Of a stretch of DNA of 64,000 bases, positions 33,201 to 46,800 are shown piece after piece. Both the position numbers and the translations under genes were made by a program. The notes beneath the pieces are model-generated. The model saw only the letters and a program-made list of their open reading frames with translations, was not told where the DNA came from and searched no databases. The stretch's first letter is position 1, and every line of letters begins with the position of its first letter. This stretch comes from Laetmonice hystrix. Its lineage: Eukaryota. The stretch lies in assembly GCA_965235115.1 (NCBI GenBank), contig OZ249436.1, positions 16,866,001 to 16,930,000 of the forward strand, in the 5' to 3' direction.

Positions 33201-36200
33201 AGTTTGCTGAGCTCAGCATTTGGCTACAACATCACAAGTGTCACTCATATTAGGGGTGATTCAACAATTTCACAAACGTACAAAGAGTACTCTTTTTGAT
33301 GTTAACCCCCTGGGTGTTTCGGGTGTTAACCCTCTCCCCAACGTGCAGTTTGTATGATTGTGAAAATGTTGAACCACCCCTTATCGGTTTCATTCTTTGC
33401 GTACACATCACACAAACACAGTTTAATGACTCAGGTTTGTTCCCCTAAAAGATGAGTGACAAAATATCATTACTGTCACTATACAGGGTTCTCACTAATA
33501 ATGTTCGACAGCGTAGCTTGGTCAAACCAAGGGCAGAGCCCTGGTTAGGGGTGCAGGCGGGGCAAAGTCCGCCCCCCCCCCCCCCCAAGCTCTGGTAACT
33601 TAGGCTATTTTATCTTGCAGTCTAGATGGTCAGATGAAAAGTTTTCTAAACTGGACAGTAAAACGAGCGACATTTTACAGGTATTCCTGTGGGTTCTGTT
33701 AAATTAAACAAGTTTTTACCACTACGCTGTTTAAGAGACAGTGTAGCGGCCTCAAAGACAGTGCCCGCTATGCAGAAAAAGGCTGGCGAGAACACTGGTA
33801 CATATTCGTTTTTAGAGTTTACACTGCCACCAGATTTTAACTCCTGCCAAAAGCAATTCTGATAGAGAAATTGCTCCCTTGGTACTAACTTGACTGATAT
33901 CTTCCATACAGGGCTTACAGTAATAGCAAAGAGTGTAATGGCACCACATCCCATAGCTTTTAGTAAACAAACGAGGGCAGCTCTTATCATACACCCAGCA
34001 ATATAAAAAACCCTACAATATGGATTTCCTACAAAGGGCATAATCAAAGAGGTGAAGGGTAATTAACTATATTTTTGATACATCCTGTGCCTTTCTGCGC
34101 TCCTGCCTGTTCTTGTTCAGGTCGGAACCAGCGCTCCAAACGACAGCATAACACCAGATCAGCTTTGTGTTGGGAGTTCATAATGGAAATTCCTCTGTAA
34201 TTATCGCACTGTTTTCTTGCTCCTTCTTTAAATATTAAACAAGATGGGAGAATGCCCCCTGCGCTGGCATGACAGTTGTAAAAAGTATCAGTTTGAAAAA
34301 CCAAGCAAGGAATACAATCCAAGTGGGTCTCAGCAATTTCATCAGACCTGGGGCCGTGGGTACTCCGGATGGGCCACCGCTGCGATCACTCTTGATGGTC
34401 TCCCTGGCTTTGTTAAACTCTGCAGGTGTGATTGTCAGAGGGCATCTCACCAGGTTTGGAATACTTGAGTTTGCCACTCTATACTGGTGGGATCCAAGTA
34501 CTGTACTGGGTTGTTTTCCTTTGCTAACCATTTCCCCCATTTACCTTCGCACTGCACAATGCGTGCATGCGTAGCACAGGCGCTCATAGCCTGATCGAAA
34601 TGTTCAGCGAGCATGGCAGTGTAAACTCTAAACTCTCCATGAATTTTGTAATGTTCATCTATCTGATCCATTTGATGCTGGCAGTGTTGTACTGGCATCT
34701 TGTAGCATGGAGCAGAGTAGTCGATCCTTCCCAAGTCTAAGTAACCCCCATCATAATGAGATTGGCCAAGTCCTCTTTTGAGATCGTTAACGACGACAAC
34801 AATTTGCCATTTGGGTTACCTTCCAAAGCCTTGGTGCCGTAACTCCAGTCAGTGGCTTCAGCCTTGGAAGCTAAGAAAGAACTGCGCAGTTTGCCGAAAT
34901 GGCAACTTATTAATATAGATCTCAGAGTATCACATATTGGAAGCAGGGATTGGCCTGTATTTTTGCATTGATATTGGCAATATTGGTGGAAGAATAATAT
35001 GGTGAATTGCTTGGAGTCAGATAGCAACTGAAGCAGTGAAGGACTCTGAATTTGGTAAAGGTTTGAACTGGAATGAGATGTACCCGTACAGTCAACAATA
35101 GCATTGTCAACACAGGCAATGTCACTGAAGACGAGTAGGGGGCCTAGGCCTAGTAGGCCCATACATGCCAAGGGTCACTATCCATCGCTGCCACAGTCAA
35201 CCTCTGCCTCCATGCATTGAAATGGGCGGGCACTGCCCCACCATCGCCGAAGCACCTTCCACTCACTGGCGAAGCCCCTCATGCCAAGCACACAGCATGG
35301 GATGCAGGGACGGTAACGTTTCGTGAGTGGGAGCAGACCAGGGGGCCCGTTTTACTAAAGAGTCGATAATAACAACGTCGATAAATTAACATAGAAGTGA
35401 ATGGGTTGCTAGGTCGAAAACACCGACCTAACAACCAGTCACTTCTCATAGGCATAGGAAGCTCTTTTTGGTTGGGGGGCTGAAGGTTGGGGGGGGGATA
35501 ATCCCTGCCCACTGTAGGCGGGCCCTAGTGGGGGGTCTGGGAAATTTTTTTTTCAGGAATGCCAGAGACGCGTTTTCTGAGTATCTCGTAGCAAAAATCT
35601 CTCTCAAATCTATCAACAAAATTCCATCATTTTTATGCGTGATACAGAAAATCGGCATGAAACCCACCTCGACCAAGAAAAGCACCCAAATGTTGGGGGG
35701 GGCTGAAACACACTTCAGCCCCCCCCTACTTTAAATATTGGGGGGGGGGGGCATCAACTGACGCCCCTGCCTCCCCGGTTCCTACGCCAAAGCTTCTAAT
35801 GTTAAATTCTAGATGTCGTTATTATCAACCTTTAGTAAAACTGACCCCTGGAGAGTAAGCAATTTAAAAGTAAGTCTACTCAATATAACAAGGAAATAAT
35901 GTCCTGAGAACACAAGATCTAAGTTCTAACATGAGCACTTCTAAACATCAATCTACTTGGAAACTGTTGACTGGCTTTTATATACTCACTTTCATAAATT
36001 TCTTCTAGAACCAGCCAAGCAGCATAAGTAAAAGTGAAAGCAATGAAGTACTTATATTCAATGAGAAAATGTTCACTCAACATGATCAATGTTTAAACCT
36101 ACAATTAAGATTTCATCATGAAATTAATATTAAATTAGTTTGTCATAATAATATCAATTCTATCTACCGTACATGCGAAACACTGTGCACAGGGCTTTCA

Positions 36201-37026
36201 AATGCTGGAGGCCAGTGGGATCCCTGTCCACAAGGACAATCTGTGCCACCTACTTTCAACTCAGCTGACAACAAATTTTGACACGTTTTTTTCATGATGC
36301 CAAAATTACAAGTTCATGCGCTCAACTTTGCATAATCACAGTTAGCAATGCGAATTAGGGTAGGCGGCGAATTAGCATCCTGTGACGTTACACATTATTT
36401 TGTCCTTTATGTAAAAAAACTTGTGGCATTTCTCAGGGCAAGCAGAAATTTTGGCGGGCAAGCTGATTTGTTCTGTAGGTTTCCCCACTGAGCAACCTAA
36501 TTTTTTCCTTCGTTCGAACACTGTTAGGCCTATATCTCAATCAATTTAAGTTGTTGCAACACGTCAACACACACTGAACACAGCCACGGCACAGCCACAG
36601 GGCGACAGGCAACAGCCGCCCCCAAACAGGTCTTCAAAACTTGACTTCAGCAACTGATACTGGTGACAGCAGATGAAATGATACCGGTGCCAGTGTCTGA
36701 CTGCGGCTGGTGGCAGTCGACCGCCCCCGCCGTCTGAGGCTCGGGTCCGGGTGCGTGCCCCTAGGCCCTACCATCGCATCGCCATCGGGCGACCTCGCCA
36801 ATCTTCGGGGTCACGAGCACTCCACTCTCCCAAAACGAGCTGTCAAAACCTTAGATGAAAATATCTGCACGACTTGATGTCGAGTCGGTAAATTTTTATA
36901 CCGTACTAATCAGGCACATGGCATGAACCGTCGCAGCGCTTTAATATGATCTCAAGACGTGGGGACTGATTAAAATAAAGGAAATACCTGCTCCTGGGGC
37001 ACCTGGGCATCTCGCACTTCCGCCAT
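27213..37026 (-). CDS. ARL6IP1: ADP-ribosylation factor-like protein 6-interacting protein 1 (reticulon-like ER-shaping protein)
   Basis: Exons 37026-36988, 33223-33087, 32669-32550, 28537-28420, 28211-28127, 27349-27213 are in phase: MAEVRD..LEGYRELILPLNKVLEWEKNHYPAIL..IWYLEPSVL..CLIDFVVP..EWTVIQERQYESIC..LKRDKPKAY..LAWVGSLIDNLLLTYL..LLPGLRKHGIL..KTKTN*, matching the ARL6IP1 pattern. Confidence 0.93.
27525..28130 (-). repeat. 32-bp minisatellite (~18 copies) starting at the ARL6IP1 exon 5 donor
   Basis: Minus-strand unit CTCG|GTCAGTACCCCACCTGTATGATAATTTA; the first copy is the true donor at 28127/28126. Confidence 0.92.
28890..29078. mobile_element. Degenerate palindromic MITE
   Basis: GGGTGAGCTGAGCTGGGCAAGGGTGAGCAT is the inverse of ATGCTCACCCTTGCTGAGCTCAGCTTGCCC. 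Confidence 0.55.
33253..33380. mobile_element. PIF/Harbinger-like MITE
   Basis: GGGGTGATTCAACAATTT...AAATGTTGAACCACCCC with TTA on both sides. Confidence 0.7.
34044..34930 (-). mobile_element. Decayed non-LTR retrotransposon (LINE) fragment in ARL6IP1 intron 1
   Basis: Frameshifted pieces NPNGKLL (endonuclease-end-like), KSDRSGGPSGV, IFKEGARKQCDNYRGISIMN, EQAGAQKGTGC (RT domains 0-2). Confidence 0.8.
35339..35850. mobile_element. GGGGCCCGTTT-family MITE interrupted by a second MITE (35447-35792)
   Basis: Outer CAGGGGGCCCGTTTTACTAAAG...CTTTAGTAAAACTGACCCCTG; inner CATAGGCATAGGAA...TTCCTACGCCAAAG flanked by a CTTCT direct repeat. Confidence 0.7.
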
Positions 37027-37564
37027 TTTGAATTTCTGCTACTGAGAATAGAATCTCGCGTCTGGGATAATACTGACACAACTCCTGGTATTTCAGAGAA
37101 AGTATTGAAGTGTTATGTTTTTCACCCAATTGTTCAAAAGAGCCTATCTGAAATCCGTCTTATGATATTTCGTAATATGATGATTAAACCTGTCCAAATT
37201 ACCCGTGAGTCAATCGAAGCGTTGTGATTGGTCCGTTTGGATGTAGCCTACGCTGGACCCGTGTGAGGTCGGTTAAAATTAAATCGCTGAAATTCCTCTT
37301 TATTTCAAAGTTTATAACGACAACCAAACTACATTTGGCATCTTCATTATTTAAAGAAATGTCCACGGTAAGTATTGGTCTTTGGTTTGCTTCATATCTT
37401 AAACCGTTGACCATTATGTGGTCCATAACCCGAAGGGACCCAATCAAAACAATGATGGCTTCCTTTTTGAAATTCTGTCCCGACTTAGGTTGTGTAGTTG
37501 TGACAACTTTATTCGCCAGTTTTTGTTGAGTTTTGGATTATTTTAAGCATGATTTTTTTTCAGT
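37027..37564. promoter_or_regulatory. Bidirectional promoter ARL6IP1/UBE2S
   Basis: Divergent start codons ~540 bp apart; CCAAT/ATTGG boxes at about 37226, 37374 and 37440; CHR-like TTTGAA at 37466-37471; YY1-like AAAATGGCG overlapping the ARL6IP1 ATG. Confidence 0.65.
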
Positions 37565-40540
37565 ATGGTAATGAATTATATGGAGCCTACGGTTAATCAA
37601 AAATATGAAGACATTTTGTCTGTTGGTGGCCACTAAAAAGTGCGCAATAAACGTTAGCCGCGTCGGGCCTGCAACCCCCGATTATAACGCAACGTTCGTT
37701 CGACACAGTGACACACACCGTCTATGAGAGCGAGACTGACTCACTTGACTTGGTTTTACTTTTAGCCAAAGCCAAGGCAGGGGCTACAACACAGTTTAGT
37801 AGTCCGAGTCTGATAGACCACGCACTGATTCAGCGGCTGACACAGGCCCTACCCTGGGCCTATGTAATGGCAATGTAATGGTTCACAGTGACAGTGTTCG
37901 CTCACCCTGCAGGTTTTCCAGCCAGTCTGGAAATAAGAGGAAAATCTTAGGCTGAGACATCTAGTTCAGTTTTTTTAGTTGGCGAGTTCCCCTGGCCAAG
38001 CTCTGAATAGGGGACCTCAGTGGTTCATGACCGCAGCCGCGCAGGGCCTCTCACGAACTCTAGGGCTGAAACGATAAAATTATGTAACAACTTACAAGAC
38101 AAACGATACGATATGTATCACGATATTTCTCAATGAAACTATAAATGTGTCCTACTAGAAAAAGAATAAAATGCATCTGTTTAAATTTCAATTATATTAT
38201 AGGCCTAATGTACCAAATTGCGGAATTCAGACACATAGGTCTATAATTTACTTCTTTGCATGTGTCCCACAGGGGTCAACACGGAGAATAGGGTTACCTA
38301 GATAGTGCCAAATCCCCTGATTTAAATAATTATTTGAATAATATCCCAAAGGTTTTATGGATAGAGGTAGGCCTAATTATTCTCATGTCACTTATAGACA
38401 GAACTTCCTTCACCTCCCACTTGTTGTTTAGATGAGATACTGACAAACGTAGTCCATTTTACATTCTTATCCTTTACAATACAATATTAGTGAAACGGGT
38501 CCCTGTATCCTTTCATACTGTTAGCTTGGGGTTTTCGACTCTTGCAGGTAGACCAACCTGTCAAATATATTGTCACGGGTGTCGGACTCATGGATTTTTC
38601 AACCCTAGCTGGCGAGCTGCTCAAAGTGAACAAATATGTGTTTTTATCTTTTTTCAGAGCAATGTGGAGAACTTCTCGCCACAGATAATCCGTCAAGTGG
38701 CGAAGGAGTTGAGTGGATTAGTATCGGACCCCCCAGAGGGGATCAAGGTCTTCCCGAATGAAGATGACATCACGGAAATCCAGGCCACCATCGAGGGGCC
38801 AGGTAAGCATGAAACGAAACCAAAAATAAAATATGATTAAAATTCTCATGGAGTTTTTGCTGAGACAGATTTTTGGTGAATAAGACTTCATAAGCACAAG
38901 CCCTTGGTGCCTTATTATGCATAACCACAAGACTGTGGCAAGCCTGAGATTAACAGGCGAACGGTTGTTTCGTTCGCCTGTCAGTTACCTAAAATAAAAA
39001 TCAGGCGAACGAAAAATGGGTTACGCAAATTTCCCTTAATCTCAGGCCTGGAGAAGGGGTGGTGAATGAGGCAGGCCCAGGGGACACTAGGAGTTGGTGG
39101 TAACTTTAGTCCAGTATTTTTTGGCCACCGCCAGAGCCTACATCTAGCCAGTTGAATTCTGAATACAGTAGCAAGGGTTTATAAATTATATTTTCTGTGT
39201 AACCCACTAGGTAACCTTCGGGTTACCCAGAAAGTTTTCAGGGAACCGAACGATGGGTTACCATGTCACTTTTCAGGTGAACAGAAAATGGGTTACGCAA
39301 ATTTCCCTTATTCTCAGGCCTGCTGTGGTGCCTTATTGTGATTTCCAAACATGCTTAGACCATCACCCTTTTGTTCCACATTAAGCCAGTCATTATGACT
39401 CTGAGGCATTTAAAATCTTAGAATTTTTAGCCTGGGCCCAGCATAGATTAAGAATATACCAAACATTGCATCGATTGTTAAATTTACCTTTCCCAGTTTG
39501 ATACCCTATTTTTTTTTTGGATGATTGTAAGATTGTGCTTTTCACATTTCCAGCTGGCACACCATATGCAGGAGGCATCTTCAAGATGAAACTTGTGTTG
39601 GGAAAGAATTTTCCAAATGAGCCACCGAAAGGATTTTTCCTCACAAAAATCTTCCATCCAAACGTAGCAAAGAACGGAGAGATCTGTGTCAACACCCTGA
39701 AGAAGGACTGGAAGGCAGAAGTTGGCATCAAACATGTTCTTCTGGTATGTGTTCTGCCTCTATCAAGGGGTGAAGTAATTTTTCTCCAAATGTATTGTAA
39801 ACGCCTGTTATATTTGGTGAGAAAACAGCAGTAGCATAGACACTTCTTTGCCCAAAGTATATTGTACTGCATAGCAATATGTTGATGCCAGATATTTCTT
39901 CTTTCAGACAATAAAGTGCTTACTGATTGTCCCAAATCCTGAGTCGGCCCTGAATGAGGAGGCAGGCAAACTGCTCTTGGAACAATATGATGACTATTCC
40001 ATGCGAGCCAAAATGTATACAGAAATCCATGCAAAACCACCAAGGTTTGTAAATTTATGAGTTTTACACTTGTACATGTACCCTTTCACCATTTAGTAGA
40101 CCAAACCATGCAAATTCGATACAAAGTCACTGTATTTCTAAGTTTGGACAAGTTGAAGGAGCCACAAACTTCAGAGGGCCTCCTTTTAGAAAATGTTGAC
40201 AAATTTATATGCTGAGAAACCGTCATTTGTAAGGTTTGTAGAGTCATGAGTTGTACTTGTCTGTGTATCCTTTAATAATCAAACCCATTCAAAATTAATA
40301 GGAAGTCAGTTGATTTCTACACTTAAAAGATAAGTAAAAAGACATGAAAAAAGAAGGGATGAAATTAATTTTTATGATGTGTATGTTTGGTAAGAGGTGG
40401 TTTTCTGTTTCAGGTCTTCTTCCCACGAGTCGACATCAGAGAAGTGTTCAGAAGGTCCGCTCGCAAAGAAACATGCAGGGGACAAAAAGGTCATTGACAA
40501 GAAGAAAAAAGAGAAAAAGAAAACGCTGAAGAGATTATGA
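37565..40540 (+). CDS. UBE2S: Ubiquitin-conjugating enzyme E2 S (APC/C K11-chain E2)
   Basis: ATG 37565-37567 followed by GTAATG (start exon inferred), then 38658-38802, 39554-39744, 39908-40044, 40414-40540: [87 protein letters not shown]. Confidence 0.96.
38939..39322. mobile_element. MITE with CA(A/G)GCCTGAGA termini and 6-bp TSD
   Basis: CTGTGG|CAAGCCTGAGATTAA...TTATTCTCAGGCCTG|CTGTGG; the right end is also duplicated internally at about 39015-39050. Confidence 0.72.
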
Positions 40541-41915
40541 TATTTTTCACCCATACTGAAATCATGAACAGTTTACATACCCATCACAAAGAATTTGTAC
40601 AGAAAGATATTTATAAGAGGTAAAAAAGAGAAAGTATCATGTATAAATGCTTTTTTCTTCTTTCCTTTTCTTTGTCCTTTTTGTTCCTCTTTCAAGAATC
40701 CCTCACTGCTGCATACATGTGTGGACATTCTCAGACTGAACGAATGGGCAGGTGTATATGTGTCACTAATCACCACAGTTCAACTTAGAAATTTCAGAGT
40801 GGATGAGAAAGTTAGTTAATAATCTCTAGTCTTTGGTTCTTACTGCACTGTGTGCTTGGGTGGCGAGATTCTGACAGTGTGAAAGGTGTGAGAATGGACT
40901 GGCATCATTCTGTTGTATATGATGATCTTGTTTCGTGACATTACATGTGTTCATCTTGTGTTCTCTGTGTCTCTGCTATCGCTCCCTACCATTTACATCA
41001 ATCAGCTGGTGAGCAGCAGACGCCACCAAGACATTGTTTCAGGACGGTAGAAACAGAAAATTAAATAAACGTTTCATAATTAGTTGACCTGTTTAATGTC
41101 CTTTATTTGCTTAGTCAAAACAAGCGTAGAGGTCTATATAATTTGGTTTTTATGTAGTTTCATTGGTTTCGAAAACCAGCACCTTTCACTGATCCTATAA
41201 TATATTGAATAATTCTGACCAAAGACTGAAAACTCGCATCTCCAAACCCCTGCACATATGGATCCCGCTTGCTAAGAATGGCACTCCCCAAATCGGGGGC
41301 ATTCCTATATTGGGAACATCTCCTTCACACACTTTCATTGGAGGGACTTTTTTGTAAGACGCCTCACAACGGGGATATCCCTGACCTAGGGACTTTGCTG
41401 GGGATCAACCATCTGCACCGAGCAAGAGACTGTGGCAGTTTGCGAACTTTGAGTCAGATTATTTTTTATGAGTTATGCGATTTTATTTTTTGAACCAAAT
41501 CTGCAGTTTCAATATAAAGTGTAAGGAAACTGCAGTTTCAAAATATTATTTTGGACAGTTTAGTTACACATTGAATCAAGTCCATATGGCAGGGGAGATT
41601 GTAAATACATGTACATGTATTAAACGGGTCTGGGGTGTGGTCGCAGGTTAACCGATTCAAGAGACAGCCAGACTCGTTATCACTGCAACCACTCCGGACG
41701 ATCTAATAAGTAACACACCCAAGTGGTCTCAAAGTGTTTCTATTAAAATTGTGTAGAATTTTGGGAGAATGTTGGATAATCTGCGATATTGGGCACCAAG
41801 GGGTGCATGGAAAGTTAGGGGCCCTGGCTTTGTGTGAAAACATCAAGTACACACATTGCAAACGTTGGCGCCGGCACAATGTATCAATTGTAACCAAGAT
41901 ATGCAATTTTATTAA

Positions 41916-43152
41916 AGAAAAGTCTTTCGTCAGTTTGTACAGGCCAGGCACACAGGCCGTGAAATTCCAAGCAAGTTAGAAAAGATTTTAACACAATTGG
42001 TGCTCAAATAGGCTAAGCATTTTTGTGCCGGAGCCTGCTCTGTGGGTGGATACCGCCATAGCGTCTGCTAATTTTGCATCACAGGGCTTAACCGATCACA
42101 GCATGACTGCTCTCCAGTTTGGGAGGAACTAAAAACTGACACGCACGTGGCGTCAAACGATTCGGAAGGTACGGACGTTGACAGCTAATAGCTTACATGA
42201 GCCAAATCTGTTAGAACATAGACGGAAACCAATAGTGATGAGGAGTGGAAATTGGAAGGACATCAAGGTGTAGGATATATCTGGGTGGACACGGATTTGG
42301 GCTGCCATGGGTTTCGGCCGGCTGATTCAATTCATTCTATGCTCGGAGGTGTGATGTTGATGGAGCTCAGCCCAGCTGGGCCCCCACCCTGACTACAAAC
42401 GGGCACTGAGATCCGTGCGATATCAGTGCAGACCTGTTGCATTTAGTTAGCCTTTTCAAAAAGGTTTAGGGTTTACCATTATGGATAGTGATAGGGCCTA
42501 ATTACATTACAAAGAAAATTCTTCGACTCAGGGATTTAGCCGACATCGCTCTACCCCGATGGCGAAGAGTTGTACTTGTACTCGTAGGCCTACGGCCTGG
42601 CTGCATTCACCCGGCCGTCAAGACGCGCGTGCTGGGACACCCGGGCACGCCCGGACCATCGGCCAACCACCTGGCCCTCCCTGTCTGTCTGCTAGGCCTC
42701 CTCGTCCAGCCTCTTGTGGGACTGGCCACCTCTAGCCTGGCCCCGACAACCCCAGCCTCAATCGATTCAGGATCGGTCCGCTCACTTGCTGGCAGACAGC
42801 ATGCTCAAAAAAATTTAATATAGACCAGGGCCCGGTTCACAAAGTCAAGTCAATTTTAATTAACCCTGAAATCCATTTTAACCAATCAGATTCAAGTATA
42901 ATAGACTTCAAGTCAATTTGACTTTCTTTGTGAACCGGGCCCAGAACTTTACTAGCACTGTGACGTCAAGGACTTCCGGGCAGTGCCACAATGGCTCCGC
43001 TGCTGAAGCCAGCGATTTTGACACAGTTGTCATGTTCGACATAGGACATTGGAGGGGGGGGGGCATTCATTTCCAACCACTACTGTGTGAAAGGCGAGTA
43101 TACATCGAGGCCTTGCGGCAGTCCAAATGTGTTTTTTCACAAGTCTTTGCCT
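41916..43152 (+). mobile_element. Non-autonomous Kolobok-like DNA transposon (right end tentative)
   Basis: TTAA|AGAAAAGTCTT...AAGTCTTTGCCT|TTAA; the first ~390 bp match the copy at 1-409; contains a small nested palindrome at 42826-42944. Confidence 0.6.
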
Positions 43153-43898
43153 TTAAATGAAAAATAGGTAAACTCAATTTTTTCATGCTTGACCTCTTCC
43201 AACTGGGGAAACAAATTTTCCTTCCTGCCTCAAACTTTTACAAGAAAATTCTTTGGAACAAACAATTTTTTAAGGCCCGTCTAACTCGGTATGGTCTGAA
43301 TGTATAAAAATTAAATATATTTTGCCTTTGTGACGCCAAACTGAACGATGACATAATTTAATATTAATTTATCATGCAAATTGAAACAAAAAGTCCAGCA
43401 AGTTTATGTATCCACAAATTTTATTTTAATATTCCAATAAATTTATGTTTAAAAAAAAGCGACAAAAAGATTATTATAATACATACTGTCCACTTAACAT
43501 CTGCTGCACATCCCAACTTACTCCTCACATTAAAAACATCAAGTTAATCAAGACACAACGATTAGCATTCTGTTATCAGTGTATGCCCTGACTAAAAGTG
43601 CGACGACATGAAAACAGTGCATTACGACTCCCTCCTGAGAGCTCAGCATCCTTGTACCGAGAGAGCCAAGTTTCTGCACATCTATCTCTGTTACTATCTA
43701 TCTGTTACGTATGTCATCACCACCAGGTGTCAGCCCTGCTGATGGGGTTTAAACGAGTCACTCGGTCACCGTTTGGTCATCACTGCTGCATGATTTGTCA
43801 ATATCTTCGTTGATAATTCAAACATGGCGTACACAAGTTCAACTTATCAACTTTCAGTTTTAATTAATGTTGAGCCTTCCTGCACTGCTTTTTTTTTA

Positions 43899-46800
43899 TC
43901 AGCGGGATGAGCTTGAACTTGACCGACTATATCTTCGTCTACGTGGCGACCTCGACCGTGACCTTCTCCTTGGTGGTGGTGACCTTCGTCTTGGTGGTGG
44001 TCTCCTGATTGAGAAAAATTTTTATATACTGAATTGTCGAGGTTACGAGTCTGGAGATCTGTTCTATACAGAATTGACGAGGTTACGAGTCTGGACAGCT
44101 GTTCTATACAGAATTGACGAGGTTACGAGTCTGGAGATCTGTTCTATACAGAAATGATGAGGTTACAAAGTCTGGAGATCTGTTCTATACAAAATTGACG
44201 AGGTTACAAGTCTGGGGATCTGTTCTATACAGAATTGACGATGTTACAAGTCTGGAGACAGAACTGAAGAGGTTAAAGGGAGTCGTAAAATTCATTTTTT
44301 TCGATTTATGTCAGTCTTAGAAACATACGATTCGCATACCTTGGACTCCCAGTAACATCATGTGAGACTGTTATGGCCCAGCGACCAGTATTTAGTAAGG
44401 AAAATATGCAAAATCTCTCGCAAATACGTAGCTCAGAATTAGCGAGCGGCCCACAGGATATCTGAGTTGGCCGCGGTCGGGCGATGATCACGCGTGATCA
44501 CGTGACTTCCGGGTGTACATGCGGTATTTAGGTCAACGCTAGACTAAAGGGAGATTCCCTTCCACACCCGGAAGTCACGTGATCACGCGTGATCATCGCC
44601 CGACCGCGGCCAACTCAAATATCCTGTGGGCCACTCGCTAATTCTGAGCTACGTATTTGCGAGAGATTTGGCATATTTTCCTTACTAAATACTGGTCGCT
44701 GGGCCATAACAGTCTCACATGATGTTACTGGGAGTCCAAGGTATGCGAATCATATGTTTCTAAGACTGCCATAAATCGAAAAAATGAATTTTACGGCTCC
44801 CTTTAAGAGTATGGAGATCTGTTCTATACAGAATTGATGAGGTTAAGAGTATGGAGATCTGTTACAACACTTACTTGACTAACACTCATTGCAATTCATA
44901 TTATTGACAGACTGTAAGGACTTACATCCATCACATTTTTTAACGGGAAGATAAATTTTGGTAAATTCATAAAGCCAGAGCAAGAGACCATCCTCGTTTT
45001 ATTAATCTGTTTAAAATACTGGAAGATTTAGGGGGTCTAATAAATACATTGTGGACCTTTTAATGCAACAGTATGGACAGATAGTGGATTTACATATTTT
45101 TATAATAGAACTTTAGTTATCTTCTCACCCCCTGTTGTCTCTCTGAAATCTTGGAGGTGATGCCCTCCATCTCGGTGGTGGCCCTCTACGGGGTTGGGGA
45201 CTCCTGCGTGGGGGCCGGGGCACAATGCGCGGGGCCAACACTGCTGCTGCTGTAATTTCTTGGCCGTCAATTTGACCTGTACATAATTTAATATAAATCA
45301 ATGTATTTATTTAAAAACTATTTTTAAACTGAATGATTACTTAACACACTCAAGTTCGGCCAAGTCTTGTACTTGTAAATTCAGGTTATATCTATCTGTG
45401 AATCAAATAAGTAACTTCCTCGAGAGCACAATCATCAGCAATTTGTATCTTGGAACCTACCTCCATCCATGTGCCTTATTGCCTTGTCTGCATCATCTGG
45501 GTTCTCATATTCTATGTAGGCGAAGCCGCGTGAAAACTCAGGATGAGTTCTGTCCGGGGGCATGTCGATTGATTTGATAGCCCCATAATTAGCAAAGATC
45601 TCGTGCACGTGTTCCTTAACAACATTGCGGGTGAGGCGTCCAACATGAACCTTGCATGGACGTGGTGTGGGGCTGCGCTTCTTACGGCGTGGTGACCTAG
45701 ACCTGGTAAATAAGATACAGAATAAGATTAGTGGCTTGATATTAAAAAGAACCTAATTTCAACAAGATATACGTACCCTTCAACAGTGCAGTTCAAATGG
45801 ATTACTGTTCTGTCCCCATTATTGGAAGATCCTATTTTCTATTACAGTGTACAGGCTTGTCTACGACTGTGATTGGGGGGGGGGGGGCATGTTTATATGT
45901 GAAATGTGGACTAAATGATATGATAGGTAGCCTATTCTTCCTATAGGGAATGCTGTCCATCTTCATCAATTTGCAGAATTTCTTCTTTTTTTTTCTTTCT
46001 AAGAGGCCTAGTATAAAAGCATCTTTGCTATAATTTTGCATGCTTTAAGCCTATGCCATGAAACCTGTTAAATTACAGTGCTTGAAAATAACACTAGCTA
46101 CAAATTACAGGCCTGCCTAAATTTAGGGCTGGGGGGGGGGCTCAAGTATGAAAACTTGAATTTGAAAATATCTTAATTAATATTAAGGGCTAATCATCCC
46201 TTAAGACCGGTTATCATGAACACTTACTACTAATTCAATCATGATCAGACTAGCGTCAACAGGCAAGAAAAAGGAAAATTTGATATGGAATTTGGTAACA
46301 GGTGTTAAGTCATCTTGGTTGGATGGAACCTCATCGGACAGCACACTTTATAAGTTTCAGTTGCAGGTTTGATAAAACAGACCAAAGTTCATACCGTACA
46401 GTTTTAGTTCAGCTGGTAGATTGTTTTATAGACAGTTTTGGGAAAAGGAAAATTATGGCCGCAGTGTTTTAACATGTTTGTCCCTGAATTTTCTCTCCTC
46501 TTTTTCCGATTTGCTGTCCCATGGGTCACCTGGCCCATTTCATCCAGTTTCATAGTCTGATAATACAGGCGTTTAATTCAGTGTGCAAGCCATGAAAAGC
46601 ACAGTGAGCACACCATTGTCATGTTTTGGAGCATGAAAAATTTCACAGTCCCTGCAGACATTCCATCCTTCTGCACATGAACCAATGATGCACAATGTTT
46701 GTTTGTTTTTAATCTGAATTAAGAAAGGTTACACTATTCACTAGAGACATTGATTGCATTCCTAGGCATGTTGTGCAATGCTTAACTATGACGGCAAGGA

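Noticed and set aside
44306..44774. Two near-identical 61-aa ORFs on opposite strands
   Set aside because: They are the two arms of the palindromic MITE; there is no evidence of coding.
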